The position numbers and the translations under genes were made by a program. From NCBI GenBank assembly GCA_973895155.1, contig OZ316891.1, positions 17,296,095-17,360,094 of the forward strand: a DNA stretch of 64,000 nucleotides. The letters run 5' to 3'. This DNA is from Marsupella aquatica (lineage: Eukaryota; Plantae; Marchantiophyta). Each line of letters starts with the position of its first letter. Position 1 is the stretch's first letter. The notes under the pieces are model-generated. The model searched no databases. It saw only the letters and a list, made by a program, of their open reading frames with translations, and had not been told where the DNA came from. Positions 26,312 to 37,901 of the stretch are shown here, in pieces.

Positions 26312-26506
26312 CATAGTTGGTGGAACTACTATGCGTAGTTGATGGAATTATTACGCATAATTGGTGGAACTACTGTGCATAGTTGGTGGTACTACTATGC
26401 ATAATTGGTGGAACTACTATGCGTAGTTGGTGAAATTATGCGTAACTGGTGGAATTATTATGCATAGTTGGTAAAACTACTATGCATAATTGGTGAAACT
26501 ACTGTG
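26312..26506. repeat. 22-bp minisatellite, about 9 degenerate units
   Basis: Unit catagttggtggaactactatg is repeated head-to-tail with no spacers. Confidence 0.9.
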
Positions 26507-28044
26507 TATCATTGTAAAATGTACACATTGTATATAGAATGTAACATATATGCTCTAATAATACTACTATGAAGCTTTTAAGTAAAACCATTTTCATATA
26601 AACTCAAATAACACAATATGGATTCTAGCCTTCTAAAGGGAATCCCCACGACACCGGGGAGTAAAGACTGACCCAGGCAAGGTAAAAAAAGAAAGTACAA
26701 TAATAGGAAGGCCTAGTGCACTAATAGACATGGCAAGGTTATTGGACCTAACCCAAAGGCTTCCCAAGGCAAAATGAAACAACATTAAAGTTGTGTGGCC
26801 TGCTGCTCTAATAGAGAATGATAGCAAGGGCATTGGATCTCACCCAAATCTAGCCAAGTCAAGGTAAAAGACTAATAATAGTAGGGCCTAGTGTTTTTGT
26901 AGAGATGGCAAGGGCAATGGACCCAGGGTTAAAAAGTTTGAGGTCCATGAGTAGAGGACAATGCATGCTTCTTTGGGGGACCCCTTTGGTCCACAATGCG
27001 CATCCCTTTGGCCTTAAATGAGCATTACATGCGCTCTAAACTGTGCAATGCCCATATGTTGGACAAGACCCTTGTATTCATTTAAATAATGGCAAAGATG
27101 CAAGACTACAATGGAAAACAAAGCTAAACAAAATGCAAGAATCATCCAAGTGGGAAAGGAAGTTGGAAGGTGGAAGTAAAGTAAGCCAACTTAAGAGACA
27201 AGGAAGGGGGTAGACAAAGTCTGTTTGGTATGTTGGTGCGCAAGATAGTAGGCACTAAAGATGCAGGGCAAAAGGGCAATGAAAACAAAACACAAGAATT
27301 GTGGAAGTGGGAAAAGGAAACTGAAGTTGGATGTGTGACAACCAAAATTGAACAGGGAAGGAGGAGCTACACAGGTGGGAATGGAGCAAGACCTTGAGTG
27401 TGTGCAGAGAAGGTACTAGCCCAAATACCCATGCTTATCCCGGTGCTTGTGCACATGAAGGGTTCCTTGTATCCAGACTTTCCATGCCCATCTATACTCA
27501 CAAGCATGGTCTGAACATAAAAATTAAAAACATCCAGTAGTAGATGAATTATGGCTTATGGCTTCACTCCATGGAATAGGTCATGAGAGATAGACTCTGA
27601 TCGCAAAATTATATTGTAGATAAGGCCAAGGGGAGGGTGATGAGGCCAATGCATGCACATAGACCAATGCAAACGTGGGTTAAGCACTCTGGGCAATAGG
27701 GAGAGGGGGCTAGCTGGTTGACATGAAGGGGTGAGCCACATGAAGAGGTGAGCAAGGCAAAGGCAGTGGTGTGGCACCAATCTGCCGTTGGCAGGGGAAG
27801 GTGTCCCAAAGGAACCCAAAGAAATACAGTCCAAGCATGCCAAAGGGCGAAAGTGCAAGCAAGGTGTAGCATGAGGGATGCCCCCTAGGTCCCCAATGCA
27901 AACTTCAGATGTGGGAAAGGGCTGGACATAATGGTAGTGGTGAGGATTTGTGATCAATAATAGATTGTGCATGACCGTGTAAACTTAATTAAGCCATTAA
28001 TTTTGGGCTCAAATTGGGATTTTGTTTTAAAAACTAGAGGATGT

Positions 28045-28811
28045 TGTCGCGAGGACTTAAAGTTAGGGGCTCCTCGGGCAAACTACGCATTTTTGGCTGC
28101 AATTGGGACATGCAACAAGCACTTTTTGGAGCGAACTCTCACTCCTTAATTTTTTTTACTTTTCTCACAAAGGTTACAATGGGTGCCCTCGAGTAAGGTT
28201 GCCCGCAAGAGTCTGGTAGCTGGCCCTACGGCGGGCCGCTACCTCTAACTTGTTGAGCTAAACTCCTCGAGTGACTATCTACTCAAAAACTCTCCTCCTT
28301 AGCTCACAAAACCAAAACTTGACTAGCTACTCCACTAGTCTAAAACAGCTCACACGAAACTTAGGCCTGGACCAACGAGGCTCCAAACTCGAGAAATCCT
28401 CGCCTGGATAAAAAAACTCCACACCTGGATCCAACACTCGCATAGAACTTCCAAAACCGCCGCACAACAGTCAAGTTCCGCAGAACGGAGCGGAACTCAC
28501 AGAACAAAACTCAATGTCAGATCTCAATAGACAACCGCCAACCTCAATGAGCCGAGGCTCAAGTCTTAAGTAGCATCAGAAACCCAACCATCCAGCCTGA
28601 GCCAATTGCCATTAGCGAGGCTCATCCAAACTCCAAGCCTGGTGACTCACCCAAACACCAAACCTGGTGACGATGAGTCACCTAATCATCAAACCTCAAT
28701 CCATCCAACCAAGCAGCCCCTCCGAGTCAGCATGCACGCAACCCAACCGGGAGGCCTCGCCCATCATCCCCTATAAAAGCCATTCATGAGCCAAAATCTT
28801 TCGACACGACA
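28045..28811 (-). repeat. 3' LTR of gypsy element
   Basis: 767 bp, highly similar to 34755-35497 apart from two indels. Confidence 0.93.
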
Positions 28812-28856
28812 TCCTCCCCCAGTAAACCTAAGTAGCCTCCGGTCTGCTCCAATCCA

Positions 28857-30210
28857 TCAGATTTCCTCTAAGTCTGAGTCCAAACTCAAGCCATGCGCTT
28901 GGACCACTTCCTCCTCAAGAAACTCAAACCCAAAGCCTTCGGACTCGGCCTTAGGCACTCCACTTTCCAGAAACTCGAAGTCCAACTCATCCAAATCAGA
29001 ACCAGTCAAGCCACTTTCAAAACTCAAGTCCAACGGATGCGCCTGGATCAGTGCCTCGTCTTTAAATTCACTCAAGTCGGAACTTGAGTCCATTTCCTTC
29101 TCGGTCCTCCTCTTGAAGATCTTCACCCTTTTCCCTGCGTAAGGTACTTGTTGAACTGTTCCATCCAACTCCCGAATAGTGTAGGTCGCATTCGCATGAA
29201 CAACAACCACCACATATGGACCTTGCCACCTCCGAGCAAACTTGTTTCGGCTCAAGTGTTGCTCGTCCAACTTACTTTCGTAAACCAGAACCCAATCCCC
29301 TTCCTTAACCAAGACAGGCCTCAACCGATGAGTCCTGTCGAACCTGCCCTTGTTCCTTAACCTCGCCATCTTCAATTGCTTCCAAGCCACCTCAATCTTT
29401 GCAGGTAACAAGTTGAAGTGTTTGATCCTTCAAACCAACAACTCCTCTCTCAAAACTTCATTTTTCCATCCAAATCAGTTGCCAACTGCAAACATCTTCC
29501 TCGAGTGGCATCATCGGCAAGTGCCCAGTAAGTAGCTCAGCCAGAACATATCCGGTCACTGAGCTACAAGTCATCTGATCCGCTAACAGAGCAAGTGGAA
29601 GGAGACTCGACCACCTGCCCAAATCCCCATCACAAGCCTTAGCCAAAGTGCTCACAATCTGGATGTGCCCCCTTTCAGATTTCCCATTGCCTTCCGAATT
29701 GTAACTCGAAGTCAGCTTCAGTTTGATGCGGTATTGGTCGAAAAACTCTTGCGCTTCCTTGGAGTTGAGTTTCCCCCTATCAGCTCTGATCCTTGTAAAG
29801 CATCCATGCCTTGCAATGATATCCTCAAGTATGAACTGGCAAACGGCAGTAGTAGTGTTTGAAACCAACGCTCTCCCTTCCACATAAGAAGACAAGTCTT
29901 CTCTCGCCAAAACCAAATATCTTGCCCCATTGCTCTCTCTCGGCATGTACACCACATCAACAGCCCATTGAAAGTGTAAAGCCACGGGGTAAGTCGGAAC
30001 CAATCCATCCCTATGCCGGATCCTCGAGTAAAACTGGCAAACCTTGCAAGTTTTGACATAGTCTCAAACGGCCAAGTATAAACCTGGTCACCAGTACAAC
30101 TTTCGAACCCTCTTGTAAGTCGAATGCACCCCTTTGTGCCCAGCCATGTCAGCATCATGGCACTCTTTGAGAATTTGATCTTTCTCATCCTTAGTATCCA
30201 CAACCCTCTG
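28857..30210 (-). pseudogene. pol: Gypsy integrase (fragmented) with acidic C-terminal tail
   Basis: Contains QWAVDVVYMP, AREDLSSYVEGRAL, IRADRG, NGKSERGH and the GPY motif KFARRWQGPYVV. No chromodomain is visible. Confidence 0.9.
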
Positions 30211-30216
30211 CAACAA

Positions 30217-32204
30217 CTAACTTGGGTCCTTATGCCTTCGCCACAAGTAGCCCTCCCTCAATAGGAACTTGTAAGATCTCTTTCGGATCTTGACGAACTC
30301 CTGGTAACTCCACTCTGGTTGCTTCTCCAAAGTGCCAATGTAACGCCCGATATCCAGCAACTCTCCCAAGTAGAGTTCTTCCTTGAACTCTAGACTTCCA
30401 ACACTTTCGGTTCCGGTCACCTCGCCAACTCTCGTTGCTACCTCATTTCCGAATCTCGCCCTTGACAGCATGTTGGCAACCGGATTATCCTTTCCCGCAA
30501 TGTGACTTAGCTCAGGGTTGAACATCCGAATGAAAGCAATCCACCTGAGGATCGCTATGTCAGGTGTGTCACAATTTGCAATCATCCCCAATAGCGATTG
30601 GTAATCAGTCTCAACCACCACCGACGCCCCAATCAAATAGTTCCTCTCCTGATGGAGTGCCACTTTGGCACCCCAAAGCTCCCTCTTAACTTGGGCATAT
30701 CTCCTTTGCCTTTCCGTAAAAATTTTCGCCCCAAATCTGATCGCATACCTTTTCCCATTCTCATCATCTTGCCCAACAGCCCACCCGGCTGCGAACAGAC
30801 TCGCATCAACAATCATGATCAGTGGTCGCCCATTCTCATAGTCCGCAGCTCAGAGAACTGGTGGGCTCATGAGAGCGCTCTTAAGCTTGGCCATTGCTTC
30901 ACTATGCTCGGGTAACCATCTCCACTTAACCTTTTTCCTCAACAGCACATAGAGCGGGTTCGCCAGGTGCGAGAAGTGAGAGATCCAGATCTTGTAAAAG
31001 ACACAAGCACCCAAAAACCTCCAAACTTCCGGGCACCAATTTGCAATCCTTCATCTCGCTAATGGCTCTCACCTTGTCCATGTTCGGCTTCCTTCCATAA
31101 GATCCGCACATTTGCCCAACGACTTTCACCTCTTTCATCCCGAATTCAGATTTCTCCCCGAAAGAGTGACTCCCACATCAATCAACTTCTCGAGAACCGC
31201 CTTAACATCAGCAATGTGATCCCATACAAACTGCCGGATCCCATCACTCCTCAAGGTCTCATCCTTCCCTTCAGCCAAGCACCCCTTAATCGGGACATCA
31301 TCAATGAACGGTCTCGCTTTTTCCGGAATGAACGGCTCCAAGATTTTACTCATCGCATTTTGCATGTGCGCTACTGAGTTCGTCGCCCCTTGAGGAAGAG
31401 TCGAGGGAAGAGTGCACATCCTCAAGAGGCCCAATGGGGTCCTCATAGTCGTAATGTCTCGGCTCTCTTGCGTCAACTAGAACTGGTCATAACCCAAAAA
31501 CAAATCACCCATGGAATAGATCGCCCTCCCAGCGAATTCCTCCGCAAACTCATCCACGAGTGGCCCAACTCCCACATTCCTGATGGTCACCTTGTTCGGA
31601 GGTTGCATATCCTGAATGAACCTCAAGCTTCCATTTTTCTTTCTCACTGTAAACCATCTGTTTGAGTAGGGAGCATCAGACCTTTCAAGAATCCTAGCAC
31701 TTAGCTTCTCCTTAAGTAGTTCCGCAAGCTATGGAGCCAAAGCCCGCGGAACCAAATCGGTTTCAGATCCCACGGAACATGAGGGACAGTAAAGATGACC
31801 ATCGGTGTCACCTTACTCGGATCCGCACAACCAATCTCCTCAATCAAAAACAAGAATGCCTTGCGATGCTCCATCATCATCTTTCGAAATGCCACTTGCT
31901 CCACCTCCATAAGTAATCCATCTGAACCAATCTTAAGCTTCGCCAAACTCTCTTGAGTAAACTTATGCCCTATCTGATCAGTTGGCCTCAGCCTTGGTTC
32001 CAATCTCACTCGATCCATAACCTCCATCGCATCATCCGGCAAAGGTATTGCCGCCGACCTCACCTTCTTGTCGACCATCTTGTATTTGGTACTCGAGTAT
32101 ACAAGCACGGCCATAGACGAGTACTGCCTTTCCAATTCCTTCTCCAGCTTGTCCCTTCCCAAGTTAATTAGACTCCGCACATTCGAGTGGCTCATCCTCT
32201 CCAT
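30217..32204 (-). pseudogene. pol: Gypsy reverse transcriptase + RNase H (fragmented)
   Basis: Contains TVPHVPWDLKPI, LPQGATNSVAHMQ, PFIDDVPIKG, IVDASLFAAGW, YAQVKRELWG, VETDYQSL and HIAGKDNPVANMLSR, spread over several frames. Confidence 0.92.
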
Positions 32205-32379
32205 TATCCGTCATGTTTTCCCCTTCACAAGGAGCTAAGGAACGAGCACTCCGCCGATCCACTATTTTCAACGAAGTGCCAAGTCATTTTTTGGACCTGG
32301 ACCAGAGTCGGCACTCTCAGTCCTCAACCCTTTCCTATTCCTCTTGTTTCTAGGTAAAACAGCCGGAAATTGAACCACC

Positions 32380-33105
32380 TCTTTCCCATCTTTGCTCCAA
32401 ACCTTCACCATAAAGGTAGTATCGTCCAGAACCTTCGTCTCCATCCTTCATTCAGTGATGAACGGCATGCCCAGTATCACCATAAATGACAAGTGCTCAT
32501 GAACAAAAATGTTACAAGCCTACTTGACATTCCCAAACTTCACCATCACATTCGGACATCCGCCCCAAAGATAGTCCTTCATCGAACTCACCGAGTTCAC
32601 ACTCCAAAGCAACTCATTATCCACCGACCAATTCCCCTTTTGAAACACCTTTGGATCCATCAAGTTGATCTCCGAGCTAGTATCAATGAGCGCCCGCAAC
32701 TTGCCTTCCATTCCTTCCAACTGGCACTCGCTCTCCGGACTTGCTTGAGCCCAGTATCCATCTCGGTAAGCATAACCGTTTCCTTTCATTGAGCCTCGAT
32801 TTTGCGGTAATGCCTTCTCGCTCTTTCCCTTCAATCGGGTCCCTGTTTGCCACAGACTCAGCTTCGCTTCCGGTTCCCATGAGCTCCTCATCCGCATCGA
32901 AGAACTCATCGTCCAAGTCCATGAGCTCCTCTTCCGCATCAAAGAACTCATCGTCCATGAGCTCCCCTCCAAGGGACTTTATCCTCTTTGGCATCCCCAA
33001 GCCTGACTCTTCGGGACCAGCAAACTTGCTTCCTGAACCCATGGACACCCCAGCAGTGTAAGTTTGAAAACTCCCTATTTTCGTCCCGCCAGCCTCCCCC
33101 ATCAA
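32380..33105 (-). pseudogene. Gypsy aspartic protease and upstream acidic linker (frameshifted)
   Basis: Contains LRALIDTSSEINLM and a later VILGMPF-like motif (plus-strand aacggcatgcccagtatcac). The upstream linker has DDEFFDA repeats. Confidence 0.8.
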
Positions 33106-33240
33106 CGTGTGAGGGGCCCTCTTTGTAAATCCGTTTCCTCTTGGATCTGTCCAAGATCGCCTCCTGGATCTCCCGCCTCATGCTGCCAAAGAACTCGGTA
33201 TTGGTAAACCCTTGAGCCTGTTGGCTCCAGAACTTCTCAA

Positions 33241-34713
33241 CTACAACCTCCGGGTACATAGCCTAGTCAACATCTTGCCAAGCACCCAGCCCGGATCCTT
33301 CTTGATCGGTTTCCCTTTCTCTAGTTCTTTCTCGCTCATTTCCTCTTCTTTGAACCTAACCCTTCTTTCCTTGTCTCGAGTATCCCGCATTTCTCGTTCC
33401 CCTGATTGAGACGGAGTGTCATCCTCGTCGGTTTTCTTCTTTTTTGACTCGACCGAGGCATCCCAACTAGCCCCAACCTCAATCGTTATCGCATTGATCA
33501 GCACCGGGTCACTCCATCCGGATCTCTCTCGCACCAGATCCGCCAAGCGCTTGTAAAACTTGTTTGTTTCCGTCACGGGGCCATCCAACTCCACATTGTA
33601 AACATTCGCTTCCAGGTGCGAAGAGGACGCCTCTTCGACTCGCTTCCCAGCTCGCTTCTCAGCCAAAGCCTTTATGCCTCCCTTGTTGGAGTTGAATGGA
33701 ATCGGCTCCTCAGTATCGGCAAACAATATCTTTTTCTGACGAACTTCACCGATGAACTTGATCAGCCCTTTATCCGTAGCTTCCCTCAGGTCTAGGCACT
33801 CCCGTTTGTCATGCTCTTTGCTGTCGCACCACATGCATGGCCAACTCTGCAACTCTCGCTTCCGCTCTGGAGCACTCGCAACCCTAGGTTTCAAATTCTC
33901 GACCGCATGTGCCGCCAAGATCTTCAAGTTCTGCATCATTTCCGCGAGATCATTCACTGATGGTTTGATCTCATCCTTTGCTGGTTCTCGATTCCCTTTC
34001 CTCAATGTCGGTTCCGACAGCCTTAGGTCGAGAGTGGTAGCCTCCTTGTCCAGCTCTCGCCGCCGGTGTCAATTGCTCACTTTCGACACCACTTTCTCAA
34101 CTTGGTTCCAATCGTTAGACAAGGTAACTCTCGAAGGTTCCAGCAGCTCCATCGCGTTCTCAAGCTCCTCTCGAAGGTCCTCATCGGCTGCCCTCAAGAA
34201 GAGCGTCGAGCGCTGCAACTCAATGATCCCCACATCCCGCTTCAATAACTGAGACACCCTTCTCTTGAACTCCCTTAGGAGCTCTTGCGGCCCCTTCAGC
34301 TTCTTGTTCCTGTCATTCACCCAATCCAAGAAGGTAGTCTGTGTGACCCGATCAACATCCTCCGCTTGGAACTCCTCTTTCATCTTCTGGTCGAAGTCAT
34401 CCCAGCCCTCAGTAGACTCAACGATGGTCCGCACCGTCGAACTCAACTCCTTCTCAACCAGCACCATGAACTCTTTCACCGCCGTCCCTTCGTCCAACTT
34501 GTAGACAGCTGCTTCTGTCAAGTAAGACTTAAGGTAGCTTGTCACATTTCTCCCATCGAACTGCCCATTCTCCTTCAGAACCTCTTGGAGACACTGAGTA
34601 GTTCTATTCGCTTCCCTGTTCGCCCTTTCTGCCTCAAGCTCTTCCTTCCTTATGGTTCTCATCATCGACATGACGATGCTCGAGATCCGATCGACTTCGT
34701 CATAGTCACCCAT
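33241..34713 (-). pseudogene. gag: Gypsy gag (internal stop at about 34069)
   Basis: Contains FDGRNVTSYLKSY and the zinc knuckle CMWCDSKEHDKREC. The ATG at 34713 is only about 40 nt after the LTR. Confidence 0.85.
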
Positions 34714-34754
34714 CTCATCCAATCGCCCCAAGGACTCCCCAGTATGGTCGCCAA

Positions 34755-35497
34755 TGTCGCGAGGACTTAAAGTTAGGGGCTCCTCGGGAAAATTGCGCGT
34801 TTCTAGCTGCGATTGGGACAGGCGACAAGCACTTTTTGGAGCGAACTCTCACTCCTTAATTTTTTTAACTTTTCTCACAAAGGTTACAATGGGTGCCCTT
34901 GAGTAAGGTTGCCCGCAAGAGTCTAGTAGCTGGCCCTACAGCGGGCCGCTACCTCTAACTTGTCGAGCTAAACTCCTTGAGTGACTATCTACTCAAAATC
35001 TAACGGAAAAACTCTCCTCCTTAGCTCACAAAACCAAAACTTGACTAGCTACTCCACTAGTCTAAACAACTCACACGAAACTCGAGCCTGGACCAACGAG
35101 GCTCCAAACTCGAGAAATCCCCGCCTGGATAAAAAACTCCATACCTGGATCCAACACTCGCACAGAACTTCCAAAACCGCTGCACAACACTCGAGTTCCG
35201 CAGAACGGAGCGAAACTCGCAGAACGAAACTCAACAGATCTCAATAGACAACCGCCAACCTCAATGAGCCGAGGCTCAAGTCTTAAGTAGCATCGGAAAC
35301 CCAACCATCTAGCCTGAGCCAGCTGCCATCAGCGAGGCTCATCCAAACTCCAAGCCTGGTGACTCACCCAAACACCAAACCTCAATCCATCCAACCAAGC
35401 AGCCCCTCCGAGTCAGCATGCACGCAACCCAACCGGGAGGCCTCGCCCATCATCCCCTATAAAAGCCATTCCTGAGCCGAAATCTTTCGGCACGACA
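34755..35497 (-). repeat. 5' LTR of gypsy element
   Basis: 743 bp, adjacent to the PBS. Confidence 0.93.
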
Positions 35498-36308
35498 ACG
35501 TTCTCCATAGTTAGGGCAACTTTACAGGTTCCATGGGAGACCCAAGGTCTAACTGTACTCTTGATAGCCATGGCATTAATTGTTTTTATCCCAATCCCCA
35601 ATCTATCTCTTTAGGGACGCCCATGGTCTATCCAAAATCCCAGGAAGCACTTGGAGCCACATCAACACTAGGCCACAAACAAGAATGATTAGTTATGCCA
35701 AAAACACCAAACAAGACTATTTGTGTTGAAACAAGTCAAAGAAAAACAGTTAAACCTTGTAACCTGTAAAAACAATTGAACTAAAACTAGCATTTCAAAT
35801 AAATAAAGAAAGGGGTGAAAAGGGGGTAAAAGAAAATTATTTTTGGATGGGATGTGATTGATATATCAGTGTTTTCCAATAAATTGTATAAGTTCTCTAT
35901 TTACTTAGCAATTTTTGGAATAACCATGGGTGGAAAGAAATTCTTCAACTAGTGTAACATTAAGGTAACATAAGAAATAATTAGGTTACTATGGAAAAAG
36001 GAACACCAAGGGAATATCACAAAACTTTTCACTAATATGGATAAAGAAATATCAAAGGAATGTAACTAAGAAACACTTTGACTTCAATAATATTTTGCAT
36101 GGACTCTATGGACAAAGGTACCAAGAAAACTTTGTGCATGCAATTAGTCCATGAATAATCTACTCATTTTTTCTTCTCATCTTCAAACCTATTCCAATAT
36201 GGTGAGTGTTCTAACTTAGTTGTTGAATAACATCAAACTTACATAACCAAAGTGTACTCCAACTAATAATCATGAATGTACTTTGGAATTACACTTCCAT
36301 GAAAATGT

Positions 36309-36400
36309 GAGCCCTTGAGAGATGGAGGCCAATCTGTGGAGAACAGGATTGTCTGAGCCCTTGAGAAATGGAAGCCAATCTGTGGCGAACAGGATTGTCT
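36309..36400. repeat. 46-bp direct tandem duplication
   Basis: gagcccttgaga(g/a)atgga(g/a)gccaatctgtgg(a/c)gaacaggattgtct occurs twice. Confidence 0.85.
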
Positions 36401-36939
36401 CCCGCTGGGACAGCTCTATACAACACTCTGAATCAGCGAAACTGGAGAGACTAGAAACGCTTCCGGGTGCTGATCACGAAGAGCTATCTCCTATTCATGA
36501 CGATGAAGGCTTTGGGAAAGGACATTCTGACATGCTACGTGCGGTGTGGTTCCGCAGATCAAAGATGTAGAAAGCTACTATGGAGTGCAGGCTGTGAGAG
36601 ATACCCCCCCTTTTTATGCCCTGCCAGCAGCTTCTGCTAGAGGCTGATGGGAAGAATTCGAAGAGCTTGCGAGAGAAATGCAGGAAATGAGAAATTTAGC
36701 TTGATGAAGTTTTGTGCTCTTCTTAGCTTCACGTATACGGATATGCGGGAAAACCGCAAATTCCTTAACAAAAATTAGAGGTGGCCCACTCACCTCGTTG
36801 GCAGTGTTGGTAATATCAGCTTAAGAAAGTCCTTGTCTACACCAAGTGCAACGTGCTAGATGTAACAGAGACGGCACCGCTGGAGCTGTGCAGCTAGAGA
36901 TGGATGTCTGTCGTTATTATTACAGTCAACTCAACAGGG

Positions 36940-37330
36940 AACGAATGGACAATGCTGTAAGCTGCTAGAAATAGTCCAGTGGAATGGGATTTCTCCGGGT
37001 GTGATGCCCTACAATGTTGTTCTAAATTTATGGTAGAGAAGCAATGTACAGGAAACCAAAAATCTTAGGCAGTGCGGCAGGAGCCGGATGGGATCACCTT
37101 GAATCTTCGAATTCTTGCTTACACCAAGCATGGATTTCTAGAAATGATGAATGCTGGGGTTCAGCACAGCATAGTTACTTACAATACTTTAAGTCGGTAG
37201 TTAACTATATGTACAGAGATGCCATGAATGGGCGTCTCAAGCACATGAGTTACGGTTTTAAACCTGACAAGCTGACCTAGAGAGGAATGTTGAATGCGTA
37301 CTGCAAAACGGCAGAATTAGTCAGGCAAAC
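36940..37330 (+). pseudogene. Decayed P-class PPR gene fragment
   Basis: Successive PPR-like pieces in shifting frames: KLLEIVQWNGISPGVMPYNVVLNLW*, LAYTKHG, FLEMMNAGVQHSIVTYNTL, MSYGFKPDKLT*RGMLNAYCKT. Confidence 0.65.
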
Positions 37331-37901
37331 CATATGAGTCATTGAATCAAGAACGTGGATCCAACATTGTACTAGTATTCTTTCCATAAGCCCGCCTCCA
37401 GGGTTGTGGTACGGGGCTGAAATGTGGTAGCAGACATAAATTGTGAACGTGTAAGTTCCTGTGCTGGATTCATGTACATTCTTCCAATCGTACATGTGAA
37501 GCGAACCTTGTCCTATAAACGATTGACGTAAATGTCCTCGAAAGTATGATTCTTGACGGTGATGGAACCTGACTATAACTTTGTTATTCGTCTTTATACA
37601 AAACGGCATTACTTTGTGCTCATCCTGGATGTATCTATTATATATTACCATCAGATATGTTCTGCATAAGCTACCGACTCGATCCAACCGATTCCAATGA
37701 GTAGTACCCACCTAACCGGGAAACCAATCCATTGTATACTGAGAATATGGAGAATCTCGCACCTCTTCCCGAAAGCATCGCTCGTACATTGCAATTCGTG
37801 GATTGATGCAAAGACACCTAGTAAGCACGGTTTCTACACTAATCGGAGTTGTATGGTACATGCTGGTTATTGACATACGTCATCTTCGTATCTAAGAAAT
37901 C

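Larger units (their letters stand above)
28045..35497 (-). mobile_element. Full-length Ty3/gypsy LTR retrotransposon (non-chromovirus), decayed
   Basis: LTRs 28045-28811 and 34755-35497 (tgtcgcg...cacgaca), PBS TGGCGACCATACTGGGGA just inside the 5' LTR, PPT ctgggggagga before the 3' LTR, flanks atgt/acgt (4-bp TSD with one transition), and order gag-PR-RT-RH-INT. Confidence 0.95.

Noticed and set aside
26312-26506. CRISPR-like look of the 22-bp palindromic repeats
   Set aside because: Units are contiguous with no unique spacers, there are no cas genes, and the context is eukaryotic.
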